In this document: in pieces, positions 13,832 to 26,570 of the stretch
Layout of the letters: every line of letters begins with the position of its first letter
Numbering within the stretch: position 1 is the first letter of the stretch
DNA from: Sphagnum compactum
Taxonomy: Eukaryota
Length of the DNA: 64,000 nucleotides
Reading direction: 5' to 3'
Assembly: GCA_965153455.1 (NCBI GenBank)
Contig: OZ234494.1
Span: 10,602,001-10,666,000 of the forward strand
The notes under the pieces: model-generated
Seen by the model: only the letters and a program-made list of their open reading frames with translations
Databases searched by the model: none
What the model was told of the DNA's origin: nothing
Program-made: the position numbers and the translations under genes

Positions 13832-14824
13832 TTGCAAGAAGGTTCAGCAAAAGAAAGTGTTGCAGCAATTCCAAAACCTGACTACATCAAGGAGCACATC
13901 AAGAATCCTATGAAGGCAACAAACATTTTTTTTCTTTTTGCACAAGCTTGCACCACATGAAATACAGTATTACCTGGGTTCCAATCGAGCCTGTTGAACC
14001 AATTAGAGAAATGGGTTTTGGGCCATTTCGTTTTACAACCTCTTCCGCAACAGCCCTGCCAGGCCATGCTGGTGGAGGACCATTTGAGGAGGAGGAGGAG
14101 CCATGGACAGAGCACTGCACAGATTGTGTAGAGACTTTCATCTCGAATGCAGCAGCCCCCCTCTTGCTATGCTGACCTGAAATTCAACCTCCCAATCCAT
14201 GTGCTGGTAAGATGTATCATCAACTCAAGATGCTACCTAGTCTTTCTTCCTCGCTGTTGTCCTCTTTGTCCCATGAGAATTTCTCTATCAGAATTTATCA
14301 ATGCACATCTTTGTGAAGAGAAGCTTGAACAAACAACCAGCAACCAAAAACTGTTTGAGCACCAGTTCCCATTCCGTTGTCATCTTTTTCAACTAACCTT
14401 GCCCTGCTAATTCTTGTCCTCATTTTATCCATTATCTTACAAATCATTCAAAAGAATGAGAAACAAAGTACCTTGGAGCCTGCAGCCAGCAAACATGGAC
14501 ACATCAGAGAAGCCTAACCCTGCTGCTGTCTCACTCTGCTCATGACCCACCACCCAAAAACAAAACAAAAAACCCAACGACACTCTCCCATCAGACAACA
14601 AGAACTGAAACAAAAGGGTGAACTTATTCATTCCTACTAAACAAACCCAAAAACAAACTCACCCAAAATTCTGTCTGTAAAAGAAACACCCCCATATCAT
14701 TGCCACACACACACACAATTCACCGCTTTCAACAGACAGAGAATTCACTCACAGAGGCTCTGGAAGAGATGGTGAAAGGTCCCGTGCCGGTAAGTCCTGC
14801 CATAGCTGCAACTTTCAACGCCAT
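10815..14824 (-). CDS. DXR: 1-deoxy-D-xylulose 5-phosphate reductoisomerase, plastid MEP pathway; 13 exons, ~496 aa
   Basis: Exons (minus): 14824-14753, 14535-14472, 14176-13974, 13779-13693, 13461-13336, 13226-13164, 13056-12907, 12489-12422, 12273-12162, 11861-11757, 11644-11523, 11339-11193, 10986-10815. All are GT-AG and sum to 1491 nt in frame. Motifs: [81 protein letters not shown]. Confidence 0.97.
13801..13828. repeat. (AG)14 microsatellite in DXR intron 3
   Basis: Direct reading of the sequence. Confidence 0.95.
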
Positions 14825-15399
14825 GACTCCCTCCGGCGCGCAGCTTACAAGCTTCTTCTTCTTCTTCTTCTTCTTCCAACTTCCAAAAAAACTTCTACCA
14901 AACCGCACACAAAAGAAAGAGCTGTAATGATCCTGACCACTTTGGAGCACCGAAGAAATCCCTCCAAGTCAGAGAGACAAAAAGAGTGGGGCCCAAAATC
15001 CTTGTATCCGATTGCACCCCCCGCCCCCACACACACAAGTGCAAAGGAGAAGAGGAAGCTCCAGGACTCCAAGAGCTTCAAAACTCCGGAGCAAAGAGAA
15101 AGCCCAAAAACACACACACACGTCCAAAAAGCAAAAGGAAACCAAAAAGGCGACGAAAACACAAGGCGCAAAATGAGCACCGAATCTCTAAACTGGGGAT
15201 GGAAATCGGATGTGGGTATCTTATTGGGCGGAGTGTCTGTCCGTTTGCTGCTAAACTTCGGAGCAATAAGTCATTTTTCATCCACGAGAAGGGGCCCAAA
15301 TATCCATCTATGAAACTTAAATTAGTCGCATACCGGAGCAAACAAATCTTTGGGGCTACTAAATATCATCTATGAAAGTAGTTAGCCAAATGAAAGTCA

Positions 15400-15705
15400 A
15401 TTTGCTTTGGGGCTCCTAATTTTCATCCATAGATGCATAGTCACATGAAAATGTTAATTTGCTAAAGAGCTCTGATTTTCATCCATTTATGCATAGTCAC
15501 GTTAAAAGTTAATTTGCTTTGGGGATCCTAATTTTCATCCATTTATGCATAGTCACATGAAAAGCAAATTTGCTTTGGGGCTCCTAATTTTCATCCATTT
15601 ATGCATAGTCACATGGAAAGCAAATTTGCTTTGGGGCTCCTAATTTTCATCCATTTATGCATAGTCACAAGAAAGTAAAAAGCTTTGGGCCTAAATTTAT
15701 CATCT
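15400..15705. repeat. ~56-bp minisatellite x5 upstream of DXR
   Basis: ATTTGCTTTGGGGCTCCTAATTTTCATCCATTTATGCATAGTCACATGAAAA units start at 15400, 15457, 15512, 15568 and 15624. Confidence 0.92.
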
Positions 15706-16544
15706 ATGAGGAGGCCCCCTTATCATCCATAATGAGCACTGAATCTCTAAATCAGGGTTGGAAATGGGGATGTTGGCAAATCCTTATTGGACAGACTGAG
15801 TGTCTGTTTGCTAGCTTGCTGCTAAATATAGGAGAAATAAGTAAGTTTTCATCCATGAGAAGTAGGGGGGCCAAAAATCATCTATGGGCTAGATATCATC
15901 CATAATGAGGGTGTCTCGAGCTAGCTGTATGTAGGCGTGAGATTTGGATGTGTAACATCCATTAGGGAGGATGCCCTCCATTTTAGAAAGGGCTTCTGGG
16001 TTGGGGATATCATCCATGATGAAGTTATATATCATGGATGATATCCATGATTTTAGGCTAGACAGGTTGTTTGTCAGGGTACGTAGGTCGTCGCTGATTG
16101 GCTGCATTGGATGCTCTGCGGTTGCTTAGATATGGATTGGATGGCTCAGATCTCACGTTTGATTTCCACGACCATCGTGCGGTTGTGCAAGAATGCGACG
16201 GATGCCGTCGGATCCAGTTTTTTTTTTGGGGTTTCTCTTTATTAACGGTGGAACGCCAACCTGCGGTCAAAACAACAGCGACCTTCCGATCCGGGTTATC
16301 TGACGGCTAGGATTTATAATAGTAGATATGAAAAGGAGAAGCTAAAATGAGTTCTTAATTTATTTTTTATTTTTAAAAAAAAGACTGGCCACAAAATGCA
16401 TTGACTGTTGACCAACTGTTTTTAAGCCCGGAATAATCCTGGCCCTTGGTTTCCGGAATTTTCAAAGATCCTGACCGAGGTGGTGGCGCGGTCAAGGTCT
16501 TGGGGGAACGTGAAATTGTAGAGGCCCCAAATTTTTAGGGTCAT

Positions 16545-16672
16545 GTTAAAAACATGTGCCCAAAAAATCTTACCAAAAAGTAGATGTTTAAAAGCATGTA
16601 ACCCAAAAAATCTTACCAAAAAGTAGATGTTTAAAAGCATGTGACCCAAAAAATCTTAGAAAAAAAGTAGAT
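16545..16672. repeat. 43-bp tandem repeat x~3
   Basis: CCCAAAAAATCTTACCAAAAAGTAGATGTTTAAAAGCATGT(A/G)A units at 16559, 16602 and 16645. Confidence 0.9.
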
Positions 16673-19600
16673 TAGAAGTACCCTTGTACTAGTGTTGTTT
16701 TTACACAAGTACCTATTTTAGTGTTATTTTGACACGAGCACCTACTTTGGTTTTTCGTTGTGTGCCCGAAGAAAATCCAAGTTCACTACGACATGCCCTA
16801 TTTGAAAATTTTCAGTTTTGGGATGTGTAAAATTATATAAGGAAGGGTTTGTAAAACATTAGGCATTTTATCCAATTACATAATAATTGATACACAACTA
16901 ACTTGAGATTTATTCATTCAAGGAAATTTGTGATGTAGGGAGAGCTACAATCATCCATAAAGATGATTTAGCTAGATTTGGCGATAAGAAAAAGAATTCT
17001 TAAAAAAAACATTTTTATAATTTTGGCTACTTGTTGCAACTTAGCATAGAATATGGTGATTTTTTAATTATACATTTATTTTCAGAATTTGGCAACTAGA
17101 AAACTCAAAAAACGCAAAAATTTCACCAATTTGAAAAATAAATCACCATTTTGTAAAATTCACCCGAAAAAAACCCCTAGATATATTATATCATGTTTCC
17201 TTGTAGTGCTACTTGCATTTACAATTCTTCCTCCTCCCCCTCCTTTGGTACTAAATGGTTTATAAATAGTTTGGCAATTGGTTGTCCAACAAAAATTGTT
17301 CCAATGTTCTTAGAAGAGTTGGACGTCCAAAACATCATAACAATATTAAATTGCCAAACATCCTTCTTATGCCTTAGAACATTAAATGAGATTTTAAAAA
17401 ATCTATGCATAACACATGTATTGAAAATTTTCAATTAAAAATGTGATGCAATAATTAAAATATATTAGGACAAACCCTTCAACTATGTACATATAACTTC
17501 ACATTTAGAAGCCCAATATTTCGAATGTTTGTTAATGTGATTATGCACATATGAATAATGTTTTCCCTTCAAGTCTTTTTTTGCATCCCTAGCTATTACC
17601 GACCTATTCTTGAAAACAATGAATTCCCAAGATTTTCATCACAAATATAATAATAATAAAAATAAATCCCCTAAGTGATGACACATATTATGCACCTTGT
17701 AACTTATATATTTTACTATTCCTATGCACCCCAACTTCTATGTGTTGAAACTCTTAAGCTTCTCATGGTTTGGGTAGTCAAAAGGTGAACCCTAGGAAAA
17801 AAAAAATGCCTCCTTTCAAACCTAAAGATAGCCTAGCACCATTTTTAATAGATTATTTAGCAAAATGGTGCCATAATAGCCTTGAAAATATGATATTATT
17901 ATATCGGTTGTATGAATCCTTGTCAATAACAGACAACAAAAATAAATTTGAGTTTTTGGATTTGCCATAATTCTTTTGTTGTGTCCATGGACATATTTTA
18001 TATTATAGATTTTGGGATGTGTTTCAATTTTTTCATTGATCAATTTGTCGTTCAAGATGTAGGATGCAAAAAAATTGTGTAGTAAAAATAAACCAACATA
18101 GTACCTTGGCAACTTTGACACATTCTATTGAATATTTAATTATGTTGAAATGTGATGTTTTAAATCAAAATATTCTTGAAGATTCAAGATTTTCCTTCAC
18201 CAAAAAAGATTGTTTGAATTTTTTGAAATATATATATATATATAATGGAAAAATTGTTAATGTACTATGATATACAATCTTACTCAAGCTCCATGCTACT
18301 ACACGTTACTAGTGATGATTAAATGATGAAAAAATGAAGGTTTTTTTGTGGAAATCAAGTTCTATTCAAGTGAAAAAAAATTGTTACGTTGGATGTTATA
18401 ACAAGTAGTTTGGTAATGTATTGGTTAAACCAAATGTTCAATCGGATTTTGCAATAGTCAATAGAAAGAAAAAAACATTTGCAAATGTAGTTCACAATAT
18501 GAGAAAATCAATCTATTTAATCAAATGTTTGAATTTTTTTTATAAAATAATCGTGTGTAATAATCAAGAGCTATAAAAGTCAATAAGTTAACCTCCAAAA
18601 AAAATAGAATTCCAACATCACATTTTAAAAAGACCATTTCAATTGGTAATTAGATGAACTTATACAAGTTTGGACAAAATAGTATCATGATAAAAATCAT
18701 ACCACTTTCCCAATTGTGGGTCTTTTGGTGGGGATGCAGGTTTTCAATATTTCAATCTAATTAATGTAAATAGATGAGTCATATTTATAAACACAATTTT
18801 TCAAGTGACTTTTTAAAGTTCTCCTTAAGTAAACAATATACACATGAAAACATATCATTAGATGGTCAAACAACTTGAATTCAATTAAAGGTAACACACT
18901 TTATTTTCCATCTCATAATCTTATTTATATATTGTTTTACTTTGACACCAAAGACCAATATATTAATGAGAAAATCACCAATAAAAAATAAAACCTCAAT
19001 ATTAACATCTATATCCTTAACATGCCTTTTTTTAAATCAAAGATATATAGAAAATATAACCTTAATATACCCTTGATACACCTTTATAAATATATTAATA
19101 ATACATGCATAAGATATTTTTAATATTTTTCAAATATACATTTAAAACACCTTTGATATAATAATAGACATATACTTTTCAACAAATTCCTAATACACCT
19201 AGGCATACCACTGGGGGTTATGTCCACACCCTAGTGGAGCAACTAAGTGGTTCCATTTGTAATTAATGGGACGTATAGTGTTGATTATGAATGAAAATAA
19301 TCTTAAAAGGTGGATGAAGAAGTTGATAGTTGCAAATGTAATTGTAAAATAGTTGCAAAAATTATCAAGGGTCAAAAATAGTTGCAAAGATGATTAGAGC
19401 TAATTGCAAATGACAATTAGTTGCACATAGTTGCAAATGCATTGGTTGCATTTTGGGGCATTTTTTCTAAAGTCTCCATCAAAACACTCAAATCTATTTC
19501 AGGAAGCCTTTTTCCCTTTTTTCTTGGATGGAAGATCCCCTACTTCATTTGCATCAACGATGTTTTCTAGTAAGTCAAGGAGGTCTTGTTTTCTTCATTT

Positions 19601-22600
19601 ATTTTTCTTCCTTTATTTTGGTCCTAGATATTTGTCCTCCTATGGTTTAATTTTATTTCCAACTTCTTTTTGGATTTTTTTCACAACACTTTTGGTTATG
19701 GTTGAATTTGATTGTTTAGATTCATGACTAATTGGATTATTTTATAGATTTGCAATCAAATTTGAACCATCAAATTGGAAAATCATGATGAACATTTTAT
19801 TCATGGTTGAACAAAATACACGGATGCATAAAAGACACCATCAAAAAGACAATTCACAAATTAACCTCATCTGAATGCCATTCCTGACCATTGCAATTAC
19901 TTGAAAAAATTACTTATGTAAAATAAGAAGATTCACAACACATGTTACTTATCCATTTTCTACAAAACTTGTTTCGAAAACCCATTCACCATATATTTAG
20001 TGATAATTGGTAACATACACCCAAGCCCATCATGGACAATGTTGTAATTAAAAACCACAACATTTCGATGATGTAACTAACTCAAAATGGAGACCTCCTT
20101 CCATCAATCTACAACTTGCCTAGATCCCAAGAAATGTTTTATTAGTTTCCTACTCCCCCCCCTAAAGACATGACATAACAATATAAACATGTTTTCCAAT
20201 TTGCAAATCCATACATTTCCAATTATTTCAAGACATACACACATTACGTCAAAACGTGGGTTGTGGCATATATTACTACACATATTATTGTGTTTGTGGT
20301 AATATAGGTCACATATTATTACATGATTATGTAATAAAATTGGTCGTGTGGCTTATGCCACTAGTAATAATTTTTGCCATTAATCATGTGACTTTTATTA
20401 CTACCACGACTTTTATTACTACAATCAAAAAATATAATTTAATAAAAGATATTTATCAACTTATGAAATGTAGACACGTGTTCAAACATAATAAAACCAC
20501 ATTGACAATCTAGCTATATACTTATTAACATAGCTTATGAACCTTTTCTAGGTTAAAACCCTAACTAACAACCTAGGCTAGCCTACCAAATTAGGTAACC
20601 TAAGCTTAAATAGCTTAGAAACTTAAGCTATAAGCTTAGTAGGTAGGTAAGTAGGCCTAAGTAGGTAAGTAAGTAGGATCCTACTTATTTTTTTCGTCAC
20701 AAACCTTTTTAATTGGCTCATCACAAATTATATTTGCACTTTGAATGTATTTAGTGCATGTATTGTGTGTAAACTAATATTTTTTCATCTAGTCATATAA
20801 TTTAAAAAGTTGAATTTGTTGACCAAGGATATATTGAATAAATTTAATGAAATGGAAACTTTCCAACATTATCTCACATCATCTGTTGTTTCATACAAAA
20901 GTAGCCAACTTTAATAATTACATTTTTTCGTACTTTGTTCAAATGGGAAAAAAAATTTATTCTTACAGATTTTTCCAAGATGCACACGTGTATACATCTT
21001 TTTATTTATATAAAAAAGTAATTTGACTAAAAATGCATTTGAATCTTCACTATTTCATACATTTGAATAACAATAATGTTTGGAAAAAAAATCTTTTTTT
21101 TTCATAAAATAATTTGTAAATAAACCTATTTTAAATCAACATGGAATATTTTTGGGATTAAAAAAATTAAATATTAGATTTCCCACCTTTTAAAAATATA
21201 ATAAATCAATAGAAATTGTATAAATGTTATGTTATATTGTGTACATAAACCTTTAATCAATATTGTAACTCCCATAGACCATCATCAAGGTCATTGATGT
21301 TGATGGGTATCTTCACATGACTTTCCATTAGGTCCAAATAAATCTCATATGGATGGTGAATAGTATCAAATTACCTATAAACCCTAAGAAATTGCTTCTA
21401 TTTCAACATCACCCACCCATAACATAAACAAGTGGATCAACACCTGTTAAACAAAACAATACTAAAGGGAATAAGATGTCACCCTTAACCATCAAACACA
21501 ATGATATTCCCACCACTCTTGTCACCATTGAAAGGCATTGTGTAAAATGTGGTTTAATTAACAGTAGGATCGTTGTTGCAAGTAATAATACCTGACTGCT
21601 TTTGTCAGCCATGCCACCATGGAACATCTAATCAACATTTCCTTTGAGAAAGCTCATGCATTTCTTTACACAAGTTAGCAAAATCCTTCAACTTTTTCCA
21701 TGTTTTCCAAGCCTAAAACAAAATTTCAAAAACAACAATTCCTTTCTATCTAGGGAAAATGAATAAACCTAAAAGACACCAACTTGATACTTCTACAATC
21801 CATTCCCATATATCTCTAACCCACGAGTGAAAAGTTTTTCCATCTTGTTGCCGATACAACTTCACCATGTGCATTGAAAACGCAACATATTTCTTGCATC
21901 TATTGTGCATTTTCAACCATATTTGTTCAAGTTCAACAATTGGTTATTATTATTATTATTTTTTAGGCCAATTTAGCTCCATTTCTCCAAGTGTGACAAA
22001 GCTAACTATAACACAACAAATACATAGAAAGAAATCCTAAGATTTTAGGAAACCATGTCTAGTCTCTTTCTTTTAATCTATTTAAGCCTTAAGGTTGGTT
22101 CCCAATTACAAACCTTGAAATCCTTCTTGGAAAAAAGAAAGAGGCATAGTCGGTGAACATATTGCTATCACTCCACACAAAGTCAAAATGTCTAGCATCC
22201 TATTTCTTTCAAAATGTAACATCTCTTCTTCAATGAAAACCCTAAATGAAAGCATGATGATTTCTTGTTTTCTTCACCCTTTCTTTGTATGTTATTTGTC
22301 TTGCAATCGACAAGTCTAACACAACATGCAAAACCTTCAAACCCATAGGCATGTAAGTCAGCTATGATGATCCAGTTGTAATAGCTCACATAGAAAGGAA
22401 GGCGAGAGGAAGATAAAGAACAAGATACAAACATACCAAAAAAATAAAAAAATAAAATTCAAAATGGAATTCCATTTATGACAAATTATAATCCATATTG
22501 ATTTTGAAATTGTCGTAATGACGATCACCAAAATACCCATCCTACCTAAACCGAGTAATTACTTCGAGAAATTGTAAATATCATTAGAATTATTGTAAGA

Positions 22601-22807
22601 TAGACATTCTCTTGGTAAAAATCACTTCTTTACACAAGGGGTTTGTTGAAATGGAGTGCAAAAGGGGCCTTAGTCTAAAAAGGCTTTTAGACATGAGGGA
22701 AAGAGGCCACAATTCAAAGGGCAGGGGTCTTAGCTATGAGGCAACCTTTGTTTTTATTGGCAAAATTTCACAAAAAATAAATTTAAAATATAAATAAATA
22801 AATAAAG

Positions 22808-22838
<31 letters not shown>

Positions 22839-23722
22839 GTGAAGTAAATTTTTAGTGTTTCAATCACCATAAATGAGAAAAAGTAAAATTTCCATATTTT
22901 TAAATATTATTTTTTCAGGTAGTGAAAAATGTAAAGAAATTATTAAAGGTTTATGCTTCACATTTCATTTATAACCAAATTTGGTTAAATATTTTAAAAG
23001 ACAATTGTTATTTTTTCTACATCTTCTTATGGATGATCACCACTTTTTGGCTGCATTAAAAAATACACTAATTTTGTTTTTGGTGAAAACCTTTTTTGTT
23101 TTCGGAAAAATATTGCAATCTGGTGACTAATAAAAAGAAGTTTTTTTTGGGGGAAAAATTGAGTTTAATAAAAGATGTAAAAAAATGGAATAACTTTTTC
23201 TCAAAATTTGGAAAAAGGAAACAATTTCGAAACCACAAAATTTTTGGGGGGGGGGGGAGAAACCGGTTAGTTGCGAGGGAGTGTAAACGAGGGCGGTGGA
23301 CGCTCAGTCTAAAAGGGACCCTTAGCTATGAGGGAGTGTAGAATGGAGGGGCCGACCTTAGCAGAAAGGGAGCATTGGGGACCGGCCTTAGCTGTGAGGC
23401 TGGGATGTGCTAAGCGGCACATGTGGGAGAATGATGCACGTTGCACGCAGAATGCCACAAGATTGATGCAATTCGCACAAACAAAAAATAAAAACCCTGA
23501 ATTGCTCGCTCGCACAGTGCCTTGGCTTTCATGGCAGCAAAGAAAGGGATTGCAATCTTTGGGTTCTTGCATAAAGAACAAACTTGAAACCATCGCTTGA
23601 AGCTAGTGTTTGTAAGGAAGGAAGGCGATGGAATGAATCCATTGAGGAGCTCAGTATTGTCAGCCTTGCTGCTGCCAGGAGTAGTCGTAGTAGGCACAAG
23701 AGTTGGCCTTCCCGTGTTGGCC

Positions 23723-25153
23723 ATGGCAACTCTTCGTCTCTCCTCCTCCTCCTCTTTCTTCGCCTATCAGCAGCAAAAGGTGGGTCTTACTGCAGCACAT
23801 AGACCACCCTCTTCTTTTGCCTCTCCTTCTCCTCCTCCTCTTGTGGTCTGTTCCATCCCCGATCGTCATCATCTCCCATCATCCCCCTCTTCAGGTGAGG
23901 CTTCTTCAGGGAGAATAAGTCTAGGGTTTTGCACAAGGCAAAGCTTAGGGTTTTGCACCAGGCAACAGAGCTGGAATCGGAATTTGGCTGTTGTTGCGGC
24001 TGCGGCTTCGGTGGTGGAGGTGGGAGGTGGAGGCTCCTCCTCCACCATCAGTCGAGAAGAAGTGGTGAGAGAAGACGACCCAACCAACAACGTGCCGGAC
24101 ACAGTGTTCGGCAAAATAGGGTTGCAGCTGCATAACCGTGAGAGCCATCCGTTGGGTATCCTCAAGAATGCAATCTACAGCTACTTTGATGAGACTTTTC
24201 CTGGGGTTTTTCACAAGGTCGACAACCTACTTCCGATCGTGTCTGTGAAGGCCAATTTTGATGATGTTCTGACTCCTCCCGACCATGTGAGCAGGAGCTA
24301 CAACGATACCTACTACGTGAATGCGGATACGGTTCTGCGGTGCCATACAAGTGCACATCAGGCGGAATTGCTGCGGCAGGGTCTCACCCACTTTCTGGTG
24401 ACCGGAGATGTCTACCGCCGTGATGCCATCGATGCCACCCATTACCCTGTTTTTCACCAGATGGAAGGATTGCGCTTGTTTACTCAGCAGGAATGGGAAG
24501 CAGCAGGCATGGATGGCACTGCTTTGGCGGCTCAAGAGCTCAAGAAAACCCTAGAAGGATTGGCCAGGCACTTGTTTGGAGATGTGCAAATGAGATGGGT
24601 GGATACCTACTTCCCATTCACAGACCCATCTTATGAGCTTGAGATCTTTTTCCAAGGGAAGTGGATGGAGGTGCTGGGATGTGGTGTGACACAGCAACAA
24701 ATTCTCTGCAACAATGGGTGTGCAGGTACCACTGCTTGGGCATTTGGGTTGGGTCTGGAGCGACTGGCAATGGTGCTGTTTGACATTCCGGATATTCGTC
24801 TCTTTTGGTCCAATGATTCTCGCTTCACTTCACAGTTCAAGTCAGGACAACTGGGCACCAAATTTAAGTCATTCTCCAAGTATCCACCCTGCTACAAAGA
24901 CATCAGTTTCTGGATCAGCGAAGAATTTTCGGAGAACAATCTGTGCGAAATTGTGCGAGGGATTGCTGGTGATCTTGTAGAGGAAGTTGTACTAATAGAT
25001 GAATTCACCAATCCTAAGAAGGGCAAAACAAGTCATTGCTACAGGATTGCGTACAGGTCCATGGAGCGGTCTCTGACTGATGAGGAAATCAATGCACTGC
25101 AGGCGGAGGTGCGACAACAGGTTGAAAGCAAACTGAAAATCACTTTGCGATGA
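23723..25153 (+). CDS. Organellar (chloroplast/mitochondrial, monomeric) phenylalanyl-tRNA synthetase, single exon, ~476 aa; alternative in-frame ATG at 23633
   Basis: Uninterrupted ORF. Ser/Pro-rich transit-peptide-like N-terminus, then [76 protein letters not shown] and DIPDIRLFW. The C-terminus is a ferredoxin-fold anticodon-binding domain ([11 protein letters not shown]...[16 protein letters not shown]). Confidence 0.96.
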   Translation: MATLRLSSSSSFFAYQQQKVGLTAAHRPPSSFASPSPPPLVVCSIPDRHHLPSSPSSGEASSGRISLGFCTRQSLGFCTRQQSWNRNLAVVAAAASVVEVGGGGSSSTISREEVVREDDPTNNVPDTVFGKIGLQLHNRESHPLGILKNAIYSYFDETFPGVFHKVDNLLPIVSVKANFDDVLTPPDHVSRSYNDTYYVNADTVLRCHTSAHQAELLRQGLTHFLVTGDVYRRDAIDATHYPVFHQMEGLRLFTQQEWEAAGMDGTALAAQELKKTLEGLARHLFGDVQMRWVDTYFPFTDPSYELEIFFQGKWMEVLGCGVTQQQILCNNGCAGTTAWAFGLGLERLAMVLFDIPDIRLFWSNDSRFTSQFKSGQLGTKFKSFSKYPPCYKDISFWISEEFSENNLCEIVRGIAGDLVEEVVLIDEFTNPKKGKTSHCYRIAYRSMERSLTDEEINALQAEVRQQVESKLKITLR

Positions 25154-26469
25154 CACACAGTACAGTATATCTCTCACACACAACGACAATGTGTTTTTCT
25201 ATGCAGATGATTTCACAATTAATTTTTGCACTCAACCCTTGGAGATTACCCATTACACTTTCCCTCTGCCTTCCTATGTTCTCATCAAGCTTCCAATGTG
25301 ATGATAGTGACTAAAAATCACATGTCTTTTTCCTACTGCAAACAGACAAACCCCCCATTGATGCTCATCAATGTCCTTGTCTCTGCATGTGCTGATTAGG
25401 GAATCTTCATGGATGTTAAAATTGGATATTTGTTTGTGGGCTTACTGTTGATTGCACCTTCTGTGTGGACACGACACAGTGGCTAAACACTGGAATTCAA
25501 TCTCCAGAGCTTAACACCAGTCTGTGTGACTTTAGTACACAGTTCCCTTTCAAGCACTTTATCTCACACCACCAGGAGCATCCAATCGTAATGTAGTTCA
25601 AAATCTAATGCAGTGATTGTTTAAGACTTCTACTTTTGTTTTCCACACTTTTGTGGGTTCTACTTTCCTTTGTGTCAGTCTAGGATTGCAATTTACTTGG
25701 AGAAGGATTTTGGTACTTTTTCTTCGATGTCTTCTCACTGTTTGGAAAGATGTTCTTGCTGTATGAGCTTGCAGTTTCTCAATATGTGAAGTGGAAATCA
25801 TTGGTATACAAATGTTGGGGCACAGGGTAAAATGACAAAGATTCTGTATGCAAGTGGAAATCTGCTTACACATCTGAAAACACTTAATTTGATTTTTAAT
25901 CCATTGTAGATCTTCTCCAAGCAGATTGCCAAGTTCAGGGCCAGTTTTTGCTCAGGAATTTTCCTACCCAACCATAAACTGGATTGGGTAGCAACACCCT
26001 TTCAATAGCAATCCTTCATAGAAATGTAGCAAGCTCAAGGGTTTTGGAATCATGAGTCATTTGGTTTGCTTGAATTGAAGTCATAGCATGCCTTGGACTT
26101 CTAGTGTAGGAAATAGCATCACTTCTTCTGGTTTTTGATGCAATCATGAGATTGTGGAATTGAATTTGGGTGAGACTGAGTTTTTTGTGTTTTGAGATTA
26201 TATCAGTGCCATCACACCAGCTCAAGGAGACAGTTGTAGATACTGCTGGTCTGCTATGGAATTTTCAAACATACATATGGAAAATTGGAAATATTGCAGA
26301 ATGCAACTACCATGTGAGCTTTTGTACTGTAAGCTTTTTTAGGAGTGTGGGCTTATCTCGTTCATGCCTGGGGCAAAGGTGGATTCACCAGATGACTTCT
26401 GAAGACATGAAGAGAACAGAAAGATGGGCAGAAACAAGCCTACTATTATGGCTCATCCAGATCCAGTCA

Positions 26470-26570
26470 GTTTCCATCACGGTTCAAAAGATTCAGGCAT
26501 CTTCCATCACAGTTCAAAACATTTAGGCATCTTCCATCACAGTTGAAAAGATTCAGGCGTCTTCCATCTT
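26470..26570. repeat. ~30-bp tandem repeat x3
   Basis: TTCCATCAC(A/G)GTT(C/G)AAAA(G/C)ATT(C/T)AGGC repeated. Confidence 0.85.

Noticed and set aside
15400..15705. CRISPR-like appearance of regularly spaced repeats
   Set aside because: The units are contiguous tandem copies with no unique spacers, there are no cas genes, and the context is eukaryotic.
23597..23632. ORF-track start of PheRS at 23597
   Set aside because: It is a TTG start from a prokaryote-style caller; ATG 23633 or 23723 is appropriate for a nuclear gene.
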